Shown here: positions 1-12,302 of the stretch, piece by piece
How positions within the stretch are numbered: the first letter of the stretch is position 1
Layout of the letters: every line of letters begins with the position of its first letter
Assembly: GCF_009914755.1 (NCBI RefSeq)
Contig: NC_060936.1
DNA length: 64,000 bases
Direction: 5' to 3' (one strand)
From: the human T2T-CHM13v2.0 reference genome, Homo sapiens
Program-made: the position numbers and the translations under genes
Notes under the pieces: model-generated
The model's database searches: none
Seen by the model: only the letters and a program-made list of their open reading frames with translations
Told to the model about the DNA's origin: nothing

Positions 1-1303
1 CAGCCATTCCAAATGGGAGAAATTGGCCAACGCCAAGGGGTTACAGGACCATGCAAGTCTGAAATCCAGTGGTGCAGTCAAATTTTAAAGTCCCAAAATG
101 ATCTCTCTTGACTCCAGGTCTCACATCCAGGTCATGCTGATACAACAGATGGGTTCCCATGGTCTTGGTCAGCTCTGCTCCTGTGTCTTTGCAGGGTACA
201 GCCTCCCTCCTAGCTGCTTTCCCAGGCTGGCATTGAATGTCTGCTGCTTTTGCAGGCACATGGATCAAGTTCTCAGTGGATCTACCATTCTGGGGTCTGG
301 AAGACAGTGGCCCTCTTCTCACAGCTCCACCAGGCTGTGCCTCAATAGGGACTCTGTGTGGGGGCTCTGATCCCACACTTCCCTTCTGCAATGCCCTAGC
401 AGAGATTCTCCATGAGGGCCCCACCCCTGCAGCAAACTTTTGCCTGGGAATCCAGGTGTTTCCATATGTCTTCCAAAATCTAGGCAGAGATTCCCAAACC
501 GCAATTCTTGACTTCTGTGCATCTGCAGGCTCAGCACCACGTGCAGGCTTGGGGCTTCCATCCTCTGAAGCCACAGCCCAAGCTCTGTGTTGCCCCCTTT
601 CAGCCACAGCTGGAGCAACTGGGTCACAGGGCCCTGCCCACAAAACCTTCTTTTCCTCCTGGGCCTCTGGGCCTGTGGTGGGAGGGACTGCTGTGAAGAC
701 CTCTGACATGCTCTGGAGACATTTTCCCCATGGTCTTGGTAATTAACATTGGGCTCCTTGCTACTTATGCAAATTTCTGCAGTCAGCTGAATTTCTCCAC
801 CAAAAGTGAATTTTTCTTTTCTACCATATAGTCAGGCCACAAAGTTTGTGAACTTTTGTGCTCTGTTTCCCTTTTAAAACTGAATGCCTTTAACAGCACC
901 CAAGTCACCACTTGAATGCTTTGCTGCTTAGAAATTTATTTTGCCAGATACCCTAAATCATCTCTCTGAAGTTCAAAGTTCCACAAGTCTCTAGGATGGG
1001 GCAAAATGACACCAGTCTCTTTGCTAAAACATAAGAAGAGTCACCTTTGCTTCAGTTCCCAACAAGTTCCTCATCTCCACCTGAGACCACCTCAGCCTGG
1101 ATCTTATTGTTCCTATTGCAATCAGCATTTTGGGCAAAGTCATTCAACAAGTTTCTAGGAAGTTTCAAACTTTTCCACATTTTCCTTTTTTCTTCTGAGC
1201 TCTCCAAACTGTTCCAAGCTCTGTCTGTTACCCAGTTCCAAAGTCGCTTCCACAGTTTCAGGTATCTTTTCAGCAATGCCCCACTCTTGGTAGTACCAAT
1301 TTC
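1..1303 (-). mobile_element. THE1 (ERVL-MaLR) internal sequence, running off the left edge of the window
   Basis: Directly adjoins a THE1 LTR. The minus-strand frames 41..709 and 1052..1450 read like decayed THE1/MST internal ORF remnants (e.g. LWNWVTDRAWNSLESSEE, NDFAQNAD). Confidence 0.88.
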
Positions 1304-1657
1304 TGTATTAGTTTGTTTCATGCTGCTGATAAAGACATACCGGAAACTGGGAAGAAAAAGAGGTTTAGTTGGACTTACAGTTCCACATGACTGGGGAGGC
1401 CTCATAATCATGGCAGGAGGCAAAAGCCACTTCTTACAGGGCGGTGGCAAGAGAAAAATGAGGAAGAGGCAAAAGCGGAAACCCCTGATAAACCCATCAG
1501 ATCTCGTGAGTCTTATTCACCATCATGAGAATAGCATGGAAAAGACCGGCCCCCATGATTCAATGACCTCCCTCTGGGTCACAACCACAACACGTGGGAA
1601 TTCTGGGAGATACAATTCAAGTTGAGATTTGGGTGGAGACATAGCCAAACCATATCA
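1304..1657 (-). mobile_element. THE1 LTR (THE1C-like), the 5' LTR of the element
   Basis: The reverse complement begins TGATATGGTTTGGCTATGTCTCCACCCAAATCTCAACTTGAATTG and ends ...AAACTAATACA. It is about 355 bp with TG...CA termini. Confidence 0.93.
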
Positions 1658-2006
1658 TCACACAATAAGCCATCTGCAGGCTGAGGAGCAAGGAGAGCCA
1701 GTCCAAGTTCCAAAACTGAAGAACATGGAGTCCAATGTTCTAAGGCAGGAAGCATCCAGCACAGGAGAAAGATGTAGGCTGGGAGGCTAGGCCAGTCTCT
1801 CTTTTCACTTTTTTCTGCCTTCTTACATTCTAGCCCTGCTGCCAGCTGATTAGATTGTGCCCACCTAGATTAAGGGTGGGTCTGCCTTTCACAACCCACT
1901 GACTCAAATGTTAATTTCTTTTGGCAACACTCTCATAGACAAACACAGGATTAGAACTTTGTATCCTTCTGTCCAATCAAGTTGACACTCAGTATTAACC
2001 ATCACA
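1658..2006 (-). mobile_element. MLT2A (HERV-L) 3' LTR, interrupted by the THE1 element
   Basis: The reverse complement begins TGTGATGGTTAATACTGAGTGTCAACTTGATTGG, the MLT2A 5' end. On the minus strand it is preceded by a PPT-like AAGTGGTGGACT and HERV-L internal sequence. Confidence 0.9.
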
Positions 2007-2402
2007 AGTCCACCACTTGTCAACTTGAACCCATACACATCTCCTGAGATTATACATAATCTTCAAATAAAGAAAATAATAAGTTCATAATAATATCTGA
2101 CATAATACAACTATCCTTCATGCAACCAGAAATGCACCATTTCCCAACCCAAATACTATTACAGGAAGTCAACAATACTTAAATGCTGATGTGAAGTCAA
2201 TAAATCTTACATTACATGATAAAAAAGAAAGGAAATAAAACGAATATATTTTCTTAGTACAAGCATATAAATGCACAAAGATGTTTTTAACAAAAGGAGT
2301 AGGAAATACTCATGACAATTACAGTCCTCATTTCTGGAGTTGCTCCTCACTTCTGCAGCTGGTCACATGGTCATAGCTGGTATTGATGACTACTTTCTTC
2401 TA

Positions 2403-2840
2403 CTACCCATTCTGAATACACTTTGCCTTCAGCAAGCACCTCAGCAGGTCATAGTTTTTTCCTGATGGAGTGACCCAAACCTTCATATCTGAAGGGTCCA
2501 AGCCATTTGTAGTCCTGCCTGGATTGGGCTGTTGTAGTTTCCCATTGACCTTAATCACAGGGCACGGTAATAATATGAGATTCCCTAATGGATCTCCTGT
2601 ACTCCATGCACACTCTTCCTTACCTCTGTTATGGAGTAGTAGACTGATTTCTTCCTGATAGCAGAGGTCAATCACCCCAGCCAACACTGTATCTTTCATC
2701 TTAGCCTGTTGACTTAAATGCAGAAGGAGCCCAAAATGTCCAGGTGGTAATCTTAACTTCCAGTTTAATGGAATCGTTGTTGTTCTCCTGATGGCAGCGT
2801 TCCTCCCTCTGGAACTAAGACCTCTAGGCCAGCAAAACAT
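2403..2840 (-). pseudogene. HERV-L dUTPase remnant
   Basis: IPLNWKLRLPPGHFGLL...VLAGVIDLCYQEEISLLLHN lies downstream of integrase, as in ERV-L. The GVIDxDY motif is degenerate and there is no proper start context. Confidence 0.85.
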
Positions 2841-3091
2841 AATGTTGCGGGAACAGGAAGCAAAAATTTTGCTGGTGGATCACTGGGGGTGATGGTGAGT
2901 GGTGCCACTTACACCTCCACCCCTTGATTCCTGGACCCATAAATCATGGCTATGGGAGAAACAATATTATATATTGGATGCTGATTCAGAGCATCAGCCT
3001 TCTAGAGAACTTTGCCCCAGCCCTGCTAAGTATTGTCACCTAGCTGGCATTGTAATTGTGACTTCAAAAGGCCATTCCACCATTCTGTCAA

Positions 3092-3600
3092 TCAAGCTGC
3101 TTCAGGATGAAGGGGAACATGGTAAGACCAGTGAATTCCATGAGCATGAGCCCACTGCTGCACTTCTTTAGTGAGTGCCTTGATCAGAGGGAATGCTGTG
3201 TGGAATACCATGATGGTGGATAAGGCATTCTGTGAGTCCACGGATGGTAGTCTTGGCAGAAGCACTGCATGCAGGATAGGCAAACCTATATCTGGAATAA
3301 GTGTTTATTCCAATGAGGACACACTGCTGCCCTTTCCATGATGGAAGAGGTCCAATATAATTAACCTGCCACCAGGTAGTTGGCTTGTCACTCCAAGGAA
3401 TGGTGCTATATCGAAGGCTCAGTGTTGGTCGCTGCTGCTGGCAAATTGGGCACTCAGCAGTGGATGTAGCCAGGTCAGCCTTGGTGAGTGGAAGTCCGTG
3501 TTGCTGGGCCCATGCATAACCTCTATCCCTGCCACCATGGCCACTTTGTTCATGGCCCATCGGGCGATGACAGGGGTGGCTGGGCAAAGAGGCTGATTGC
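3092..3600 (-). pseudogene. HERV-L integrase remnant
   Basis: The HHCC zinc finger is present (HEQSGH...CPIC). WWQVNYIGPLP has N in place of the first catalytic D, SDQGTH follows, and the frame is broken by frameshifts. Confidence 0.85.
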
Positions 3601-5377
3601 CGTCCACAGAATGGGTCATTCTATCCATTAGATTATTAAAATCCTCCTCTGCTGAGGTCACCCATTGAGGAGCACTCTCATGGGATACAAATATTTTGAC
3701 ATCTGACATGCACCTTCTTAGTTTATTACTACTTTTATGTATAGAAGTTATTTTGTAATACAAGCAAACAGTTAAACTCATTGTATTCATATCTTAGTTG
3801 AATTTCTTTTTAAAATTAGACCTAGACGAGAACAGAGCTTAGAAGGAAGACCACACAAAGTAGAAGAGGCTTACTAATAAAAATATGGTGTAAGATGAAA
3901 AGGCACTGATTATTTGAGAAAAGAAAATTAATGTTGGTGTAGTGGTGGCAGCAGGTGGAATGCCCTGGTTGAAAGGAGTAGCATTTGTATGTTGGGTATG
4001 TAGTCAAATCCTGGCATAGATGTAGTACTTAGTTAATATGGGTTTTTAATAAATCAGAATAGAGGGATTTACTCAATGGAATAAAAAAGCACAGAAAACA
4101 ACCTTAGTATCTCTTAGAGTTGTAAAGGGCCCAAGAGACTTTTTCTCCTTTTAATTCATTTAAGAGTTGTTCCTAGATATAGCCAACCTCAAGGCAAAGT
4201 GAGGAAACCCTGGTGGACTTGCTGAAGGTTTAGGAAGCAGCCTCAAATTCTGGACTATGAGATCAAAAGAGCAAGGACAAACTGTGAGTCCAGAATGGCA
4301 CATTTGGAAGTCTTAAAATATCTAAGGACAGCCATTGGTCATCATTAAGTATCACTATATAGTATGGTCTTGTCTGATGAGAGGATGCGGGTTGGAATGA
4401 GTGTGAGTTCTATATTCAGCAAGGAAAATAGGAATTTCCCTGGAAAATTACCCTGAAAACATTCCTATTTACTCAAAAACTCCATAATATTAATGATTTA
4501 TGTATATAAGTTTAACAATAATGTATATGGGTAAATGGATTATTTGTATAAGTGTGTAAAAATAATATATATAAAATATATTTATATATACAAATACAAA
4601 CATATTTCTGAATCTTTAAACACTAAAAATATTCAAACATTAAGAATAAAGTGAAATGGAGACTACTGGGAGCAAATTTACAGCTCTTAACTCACTGTCA
4701 TTCCAGGTCGTGCTCATTGAAATGATTAACTCATTTAGCTAGGCCTCTCTCTCTCTCTTTCTCTGTCACCTTCTTTCCATTTTTCTTTTTTTCTTTCTAC
4801 TTGATCCCCTACTCTACTCCTGCCTAGACAGGCTCTGAAGTTCTCCCTGCTGTGTTCTGTTACGCTAGAGGGCCATAGCTAAGATTCCCTCACCAAGCAT
4901 GACCCATAGTGCCAGTGCTATGCTGCCATGCCATCTGTTTATCTCATTTTCGCTTTTGTTTCTGCCTATTTTTCCTTCTCCTCCCCTCTGCATTTTGTCT
5001 CCTGTTGTATCTATTAATAAACATTCTGGCTTTAGTTATAGAGATTGCTATGTTTTACCAAATCCAATATATTTCCTGTGTCTGGGCAAGCAGTTGTACT
5101 CACTATTCTGGGTAATTTATTTGTATTATTTTAACCCCTAGTAACTAACTCCAGCTTTTATCACACACTTTTTTAATGTTTTCTTTATATTTTTAGCTTT
5201 TCTATTCTATCTTGATTACTATAGAAAATAGGCAACATATATTTTCACACTGGAAATTATCAAATAGAGCATTTAAGAAATACCTGAAAATATGTGAAGT
5301 GCTATAATAGCAACAACAGAAGGAACATAAAGTATCCTCCCAACTGTGCTTTAATCTGGTTATAAAAACATGTCAGA

Positions 5378-5428
5378 GCGCACACACGCTTGTGCACACA
5401 CACACATGCACACGCACCCACACACACC
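5378..5428. repeat. Imperfect (CA)n microsatellite
   Basis: gcgcacacacgcttgtgcacacacacacatgcacacgcacccacacacacc. Confidence 0.75.
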
Positions 5429-6979
5429 GGTACCATGAATTCAACTGGTATCAAGACATTGCAACCAGAGTTTCATGTCTAGTGCTGTAACAATGGCTGA
5501 TGTTTGGAGTTATGTATTCTACTCAAAATTAATAGGCATGAAAGAAAAAAAGGAGGGACTTATTAACTGAAGGAAGGATATATTCAAATCAATATGTTAC
5601 CCCATGAAGTTATCTTCCCAGCGTGAGCATAATTAAAAACACAATTATGGTTTTCCATTACCAGAAAATATTTTTGGGTAACAAAATTAAAGTATTTAAT
5701 TTTTAGAATAAGCTTATGTGTTCAGCATGAAAATACATTTTCAAAAGAAATTATACATTAAATCAAGTCTATAAGTAATGCATATGTTTTCTGAGCATTC
5801 AACTTAAAGAAAAAAGGTATAAATAGAATGGCATTTAGTTGATGTGAATAGGTTACCATTTGTTTCTCTGTGATCCAAGGGGAAATAACCAGAGGAAGTA
5901 TGCATTTTAACATAGTTTTAGCATTCCATGTCTAAGGAAACAAACATGGTTATTGTGGATAATAAAACAATAGTAGTGAAATATAAAAAAAAGACACTTG
6001 AACAGTTCCTGAATAGTGAATTTTGCTCCCAAGATGCATCCTGGCACACTATAGATGGTAAGGAACAATAATGAATTGACTTTTATTGTCATTGATTTGT
6101 TGCTATGGTGACTTTTTGGGATGACAGAAGTCAGCATAGTCAAAGTGACTCTAATTCGGGAGTCTGTGATCCAAACCAGAGACAAATGAACATTGTACAG
6201 AAATTAGGGACCTCATTTTAATCTCCTATAGATGCTGTTTATTATAATATTACATTTGTTTTGATAGTTTTTGTTGTTGTTGTTGTTCACAGAAATTTAC
6301 AAATTCACCATGAATCCACTCTGGAATATTCAAGAGCTAGTGTTCATCTAGCACAACTGATAACACTAGGAAACAATGCCTAAAATAGCTTTTGGAACAT
6401 AGAATGGAGAATATTTATTACAAGAATTGAATGAAGTCTGGGGGGTGACAACTTAGTGACAATTTTCCCTGTTGCTGTGCATGAAGCTTGCACATTGAGG
6501 CCTTGTTCAGTTGCTGAGGTACAGAAAGGACCAAAAAGAACATGCTGATATATAAAAGAAAAAAGGAAAAAAATGTGCTCTAAACAAATAAGGCCAACTA
6601 TCTGGAAATATCCCCCCGTTGTCCTAAGATATAACATTGCCGAATGTGACAGGCTGTGGGTCCTGTCTCATGGGATGTGTTGCAAAGAGTAGACAACTGA
6701 AATGCTTGCTTAAAATCTTCATTAAAAACATCTACATTATAAAGCCTCCATGTCACTAGAGAATGGAGACATTATGTAGCTCATTACAGTTTGTGCAGCA
6801 TACTGTCTAGGGACCCCTTGCCCAGTGGGAGCTCTTAGTAGCAGAATCCTTGGCAGGCATTTTTCTGCAGGGAAAGTATTTCTGTTGGAAACACTGTGAA
6901 TCATGCATAAGCACTTCATAAGAATCCCCTTTCAGAAATGTCACAAAATGGACAACAGCACAGTATAATAAAAAACCAC

Positions 6980-7143
6980 TAGCCTGAGAACCAGAAGACA
7001 GTATTTCTAAGTCTGGCAATGCCATTAAACAGTCTAGATGACCTTAAGTGACCTTAGGTTGGCCTCACTTTCCTCAGCTGCAAAATGAAGGCTTTGGATT
7101 AAACCATCTCTAAGCAATTTCACCTCAAAAATCTTACGGTTCT
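6980..7143 (+). mobile_element. MIR/MIR3 SINE fragment
   Basis: MIR core-like sequence: ccagaagac..tctaagtctggc..gaccttaag..gcctcactttcctcagctgcaaaatgaagg..ttggattaaaccatctctaag. Confidence 0.65.
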
Positions 7144-7799
7144 TTTTAGCATTGCTGTGTCTTTCTTTCCCCAGAGAGTGATTCCTTGGACTAATTGGAA
7201 ATAAGGTAAAGGTTTATACTGAAAAAGGAATTGGTAGGCGACAATTCATTTGTATTACTGTATTTCTTCAGAGACAATCTGGAGCATATCTTTTTTGTCA
7301 AATGTGAGATTTATTTAAAAGAGATTTAGTGCAACACAGATCAACCACAATTTAGCCATCTTCAGGGAAAAGAGAAAATAAACACAGCACAGTTGTGAGT
7401 AGTAAATGGCATATTGTAAGTTTCAGCACAAAATGATCCAACAGAAAGTCTAATATAAGTATCAAACTATTACATATGATATGATATCTATTTACAACTT
7501 TTCTCTCCATAAAATACATTTCTATTGGGGTTTATTCATTATAAAAATTAGTGTTATGGGAAAATAATGGAAGGGTTTTTACAAATCCAAAGTTAATTTG
7601 GATTTTTCAATGGTAAAATAATTCTAACATGTTTTATTGATTTATACTTTTATTTTTTTTTGCATTTTACTCTTTGTCAAGAATACCTTTTATTTAAATT
7701 ATCAGTGCCAATGGAAAATGACATGAAAATTATTTTCAGAGTATATCATATGTTCATATATCTATAATCACATACAACCTACAATTGTTTGTTTCAAAG

Positions 7800-8340
7800 A
7801 CAACTCAGTCTCAATCTACCCACAAATGAACTCAAATTATCCTTCCCAAGCATCCTCTTACTTATGTGTCCTTTAATGGTGTCATTACCTACCTGTCATC
7901 TAGTCAGAAGCTTCATTTAGTCATAAGCCTCTCTTTTTGCTCCATTGCCATTTAAATAATTGACAACCTAAGGCCAATTTTAACTCTTTTACAAATTTTA
8001 AATATATCATCTCCTCTTCATTCATAGGGGCATTGACTTACTCTAGACATTCATACCTTCTCATCTGAAATAATTAAGGCCTTTACCTAGCTGATCTCTC
8101 TGCCCCTGGACTCAACCTTCTCTCATTGATTCTCAGTACTGCTACCAGATTGTTTCAAAATATAAAATGATCATGCCACTATTTGGCTTAAAAGTGTTTG
8201 ATGGCTTACTATTCCTTCAGGATAAGATTCAGTTTTATAGTACTGTCCGCAGGGTTCTGTATGATCTGTCTGCCCCTCTCTACTGTCCTTTCCTCATTTC
8301 CTGTCATTTCCTCACAAGTATCTGCACTCTAGTTACAATA
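7800..8340 (+). mobile_element. L2 LINE fragment
   Basis: Degraded L2 3' region motifs: tgatcatgccact..gcttaaaa..tgatggctt..ctattcc..caggataaga..cagggttctgtatgatctgtctgccc. Confidence 0.6.
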
Positions 8341-8857
8341 ATCAGGAAATCCTCACCAGCTTGTGAGTACAAATAAAATCACAGAGACACGATTGAGGAT
8401 GGGCTGTACTAGATAACAATAATCATTGATGGTTAGAACAGAATGGACTCATACACAGAGTGAATTATATCTGAGCTACATCCTAAATCAACATATCCTG
8501 GCTTATCACCACAATGTTCCTTGCCAAGTCTTTCTGCTCAGCTACATGGCTGTCTCATTATCTGATTATTAGCTTTCATTCATGTTCAGAAGACTTATTT
8601 CTCTGGTAGCTTATGAGCAATATGAATCTCTAGAATCTAAGGTTGGCAAGTTGCAAAAAGAGAAGGAATATTCAACACCTGTCCAGGATCTATGTCTTCC
8701 AAGAATAATTGAGAGAAGAGATGTTTACCACAGTCAGTAAAAATTCTACTCATGTTGAACAGAGGTGTAGCTCTCCCATGGACCCCAAAAAAGAAGAATG
8801 TGAGGGAAAGCTCCCAAGCACATGGCTTAAGCATGGAAGTTTAGTACTGAGGTGATT

Positions 8858-9830
8858 TTTTCATTCAACAACTATTTCTGAGCATCAACTATTTGTAAAA
8901 TATTGTCCTAGGAACTGAGGATAGAAGAAGTCCCTGCGCTCAAAAAACTAACATTTCATTTTTGGAGACTAATAGGATAAAAATAAAGCAATAACTCTAA
9001 TGTCAGGTAGTGGTGAGCATTATATAGAAAAATAATTTTGGGCAAGGGTTTAGAACCTGGTAGGGTAAAAAACAAGGCATTTATTTTTGAGGAGGTGGTT
9101 AGGAAATGAAGTGTGAAATTAATTTTCCTGCAGTATATGAAGTATTGTACCAGAGTATTAAAAGATATGTAATATTTTATTGATAAATCTATTCTTTAAA
9201 AGGAATACATTTTAGGATGTCATCACTTTGATGTGAATCATGTAAATGTTGATAATATTCTGTGTATTACACATTTAGTGTTTCAAGAGATTCACTTAAT
9301 TGCCTTTTTGCCATGTATATTATGTGGTCTATTTGCAACTGTTTTTTTAAAAAAGATATTAAAAGAATAGTTACATAGAGAAACATTAGTGGATGTTAAT
9401 TGTCTCCCCACCTATATTTATGGGTGTTAGCGCAACTGCTTTGCTAGTTGCAAAGCTGTATTATCAGAGTAAAAGTGTATTTGTATACTGTATGGGAACT
9501 AAAAATTAAGAATAAAACCATTTTCTTATTAAAAAAAAAAAGCAAAAGGAAAAGAGGCCTGAGCAAATGAAGTTTGAGCAGATGACTGAATGAAGTAAGG
9601 AAGTCCTATGAGACTATTTGGGGTGGCTGGATTTTGTTTGGAATGAAAAGTTAGTATATATTTCTGAAACAGAAGTAATCTTTGGGTGTTTGAAGGATGG
9701 TTGTAAGGCCAGTGTAACCTGAGTAGAATAGGTCACAGTAACGAAAATAGTAAGAGAGGTAGTGAGGAACTACGTGATACTGGGTCTGATAGACGTTGGT
9801 TAAGATTTTGGGTTTTATTCTAAGTTATAA
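8858..9830 (-). mobile_element. L2 LINE 3' end, split by the insertion at about 9107-9541
   Basis: tcattcaacaactatttctgagcatcaactat (L2 3' terminus, minus strand) runs to ggtggttaggaaa. L2 resumes after the poly(A) with ggcctgagcaaatgaagtttgagcagatgactgaatgaag. Confidence 0.7.
9107..9541 (+). pseudogene. Probable 5'-truncated processed retrocopy of an mRNA 3'UTR (parent not established)
   Basis: The sequence is UTR-like and matches no repeat I recognise. AATAAA at 9511-9516 is followed by A11 at 9531-9541, it interrupts an L2, and AGGAAA is a possible short TSD on both sides. Confidence 0.7.
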
Positions 9831-9980
9831 GGATGTGTGTGTAATACTTTTTAATATCTGAAAAGCCATGCACTCTCACAATTTCTATTTCAAAATATCT
9901 ATACATTCTCTCATATAGTTTATTTTTTATTTATTTTTTAAATGTTTTCTGTTTTGTTCTTTCTTAAAAAGTTATGGACA

Positions 9981-11350
9981 GTTTCTTTTACTGTGCAGAA
10001 GCTCTTTAGTTTAATTAGATCCCATTTGTCAAGTTTGGCTTTTGTTGCAATTGCTTTTGGTGTTTTAGTCATGAAGTCCTTACCCATGCCTATGTCCTGA
10101 ACAGTATTGCCTAGATTTTCTTTTAGGGTTTTTATGGTTTTAGGTTTTACATTTAAATCTTTAATCCATCGTAAGTTAATTTTTGTATAAGGTCTAAGGA
10201 AGGGGTCCAGTTTCAGTTTTCTGCATATGGCAAGCCAGTTTTCCCAACACCATTTATTAAATAGGGAATCTTTCCCCATTGTTTGTTTTTGTCAGGTTTG
10301 TCAAAGATCAGATGATTGTAGATGTGTTGTGTTATTTCTGAGGCCTCTTTTCTGTTCCTATATATCTGTTTTGGTACCAGTACCATGCTATCATCAGAGT
10401 GAACAGGCAACCTACAGAATGGGAGAAAATTGTTTCAATGTATCCATTTCACAAAGAGGTAATATCCAGAATCTACAAGGAACTTAAACAAATTTACAAG
10501 AAAAAAACAAACAACCATATTAAAAGGTGGGCAAAGAATATGAACAGACACTTTTCAAAAGAATACATTTATGCAGCCAACACATATATAAGAAAAAGCT
10601 CGTAATCACTGGTCATTAGAGAAATGCAAAGCAAAACCACAATGAGATACCATTTCATGACAGTTAGAATGATGATCATTAAAAAGTCAGGAAACAACAG
10701 ATGCTGGAGAGGACATGGAGAAATAGGAATGCTTTTACACTGTTGGTGGGAGTGTAAATTAGTTCAACCATTATGGAAGACAGTGTGGCAATTCCTCAAG
10801 GATATAGAACTAGAAATACCATTTGACCCAGCAATTCCATTACTGGGTATATACCCAAAATATTATAAATCATTCTACTATAAAGACGCATGTACAAGTA
10901 TGTTTATTGCAGCACTATTCACAATAGCAAAGACTTGGACCCAACCCAAATGCCCATCAATGTTAGACTGCATAAAGAAAATGTGGCACATATACACCAC
11001 GGAATACTATGCAGCCATAAAAAGAATGAGTTCATGTCTTTTGCAAGGACATGGATGAAGCTGGAAACCACCATTCTCAGCAAACTAACACAGGAACAGA
11101 AAACCAAACACTGCATATTCTCAGTCATAAGGGAGTTGAACAGTGAGAACATATGGGCACAGGGAGAGGAACATCACACACCGGGGCCTTTTGCGGGTGG
11201 GGAGCAAGGGGAGGAATAGCATTAGGAGAAATACCTAATGTAGATGACGGGTTGAGGGGTGCAGCAAACCCCTATGGCACATGTATACCTATGTAACAAA
11301 CCTGCACATCTGCACATGTATCCCAGAACTTAAAGTATAGTAATAAAAAA
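9981..11350 (+). mobile_element. L1PA7/8-like LINE-1, 5'-truncated with a 5' inversion (9981-10388 antisense, 10389-11350 sense)
   Basis: ORF2 C-terminal peptides occur on both strands ([25 protein letters not shown]; [25 protein letters not shown]). An L1PA 3'UTR and A tail are present. The TSD AAAAAGTTATGGA(C/T)A is at 9966-9980 and 11346-11360. Confidence 0.93.
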
Positions 11351-11360
11351 GTTATGGATA

Positions 11361-12070
11361 CATAATAGTTGTACATATTTATGGGGTATATGTGACATTT
11401 TGATATAAGCAATATATAATAATCCAATTAGTGTAACTGGGGTATCCATTACCTCAAGTATTTATCATTTCTTTGTGTTAGGAACATTCCAATTCCACTC
11501 TTTTAGTTTTGTGAAATATATAAAATATTTTTAACTATAGTCACTTTAATGTGCTACTGTACACTAGATATTATTTCTATCTAGACGTATTTTTGTATTC
11601 ATTTGTCATACCCTCTTTACCCTCCTCTCCCATTACATTTCCAAGTTTCTGGTAACCATCATTCTTCTCTATATTTCCCTGAGTTCAGTTTTTCTTTTAG
11701 CTCCCACATATGAGTGAGAACATGAGATACTTGTTTTCCTATGCCTGGTTTGATTCACTTTACATAAGGTCCTCCAGTTTCATCCATGTCGTTGTTAATG
11801 ACAGGACTTTATTGTTTCTTATGGCTGAATAATATTTTATTGTGTATATACCCCACATTTTCTTTATCCATTGAACCACTGATGGACACTTAGGTTGATT
11901 CCATATCTTGGCTATTGTGGCTAGTGCTGCAGTAAACATGAGAGTGCAGACATCTCTTCCATACACGCATTTCCTTTCTATTGGATATATACCCAGCAAT
12001 GGGATTCCTGGGTAGTTCTATCTCCAGTGTTTTTGAAGAACCTCAATACTGTTCTCCATAGTGACTATAA
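11361..12070 (-). mobile_element. L1MA-type LINE-1 3' end; its T-rich tail lies at about 9920-9965, on the other side of the younger L1
   Basis: The L1MA 3'UTR (gtacatatttatggggta..tatccattacctcaagtatttatcatttctttgtgttaggaacattcca) and the ORF2 tail peptide [32 protein letters not shown] are on the minus strand. Confidence 0.85.
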
Positions 12071-12302
12071 CTTAATTTTCCAGTTATTTTATATTTCTGT
12101 TAAAATTGTATCTTTTAATTTTTTTCTCATTTCAGTTATTTTGTTGCTTCTGTAAAATATTCTTGGATTTCTTTATCATATGTTCAATACATTCTAATGC
12201 TTATACTATTTCTAGTATTTAACTTATTTTACAATTCCACCATATAGTCTATAAGTAATGATAAATTGGTCTCTTCTTCATTAGAATTTATCACTTATTT
12301 TG

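Larger units (their letters stand above)
2007..3702 (-). mobile_element. HERV-L internal 3' portion (end of RNase H, integrase, dUTPase, 3' untranslated), 5'-truncated
   Basis: Frameshifted peptides match ERV-L pol: VKIFVSHESA..TSAEEDFNN..DRMTHSV, HEQSGHGGRDRGYAWAQQHGLPLTKADLAT..ECPICQQQ, and VQQWAHAHGIHWSYHVP.HPEAA. Confidence 0.92.

Noticed and set aside
41-1625. Longest ORFs in the track (222, 192, 169 and 132 aa)
   Set aside because: They lie wholly within THE1 internal/LTR sequence, overlap on both strands and cross LTR boundaries, so they are not host genes.
7160-7211. Possible 31-nt micro-exon (tctttctttccccag ... AAG/gtaaag)
   Set aside because: Splice-like motifs are frequent by chance in AT-rich DNA. 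There is no recognisable peptide or partner exon, so RNA-seq evidence would be needed.
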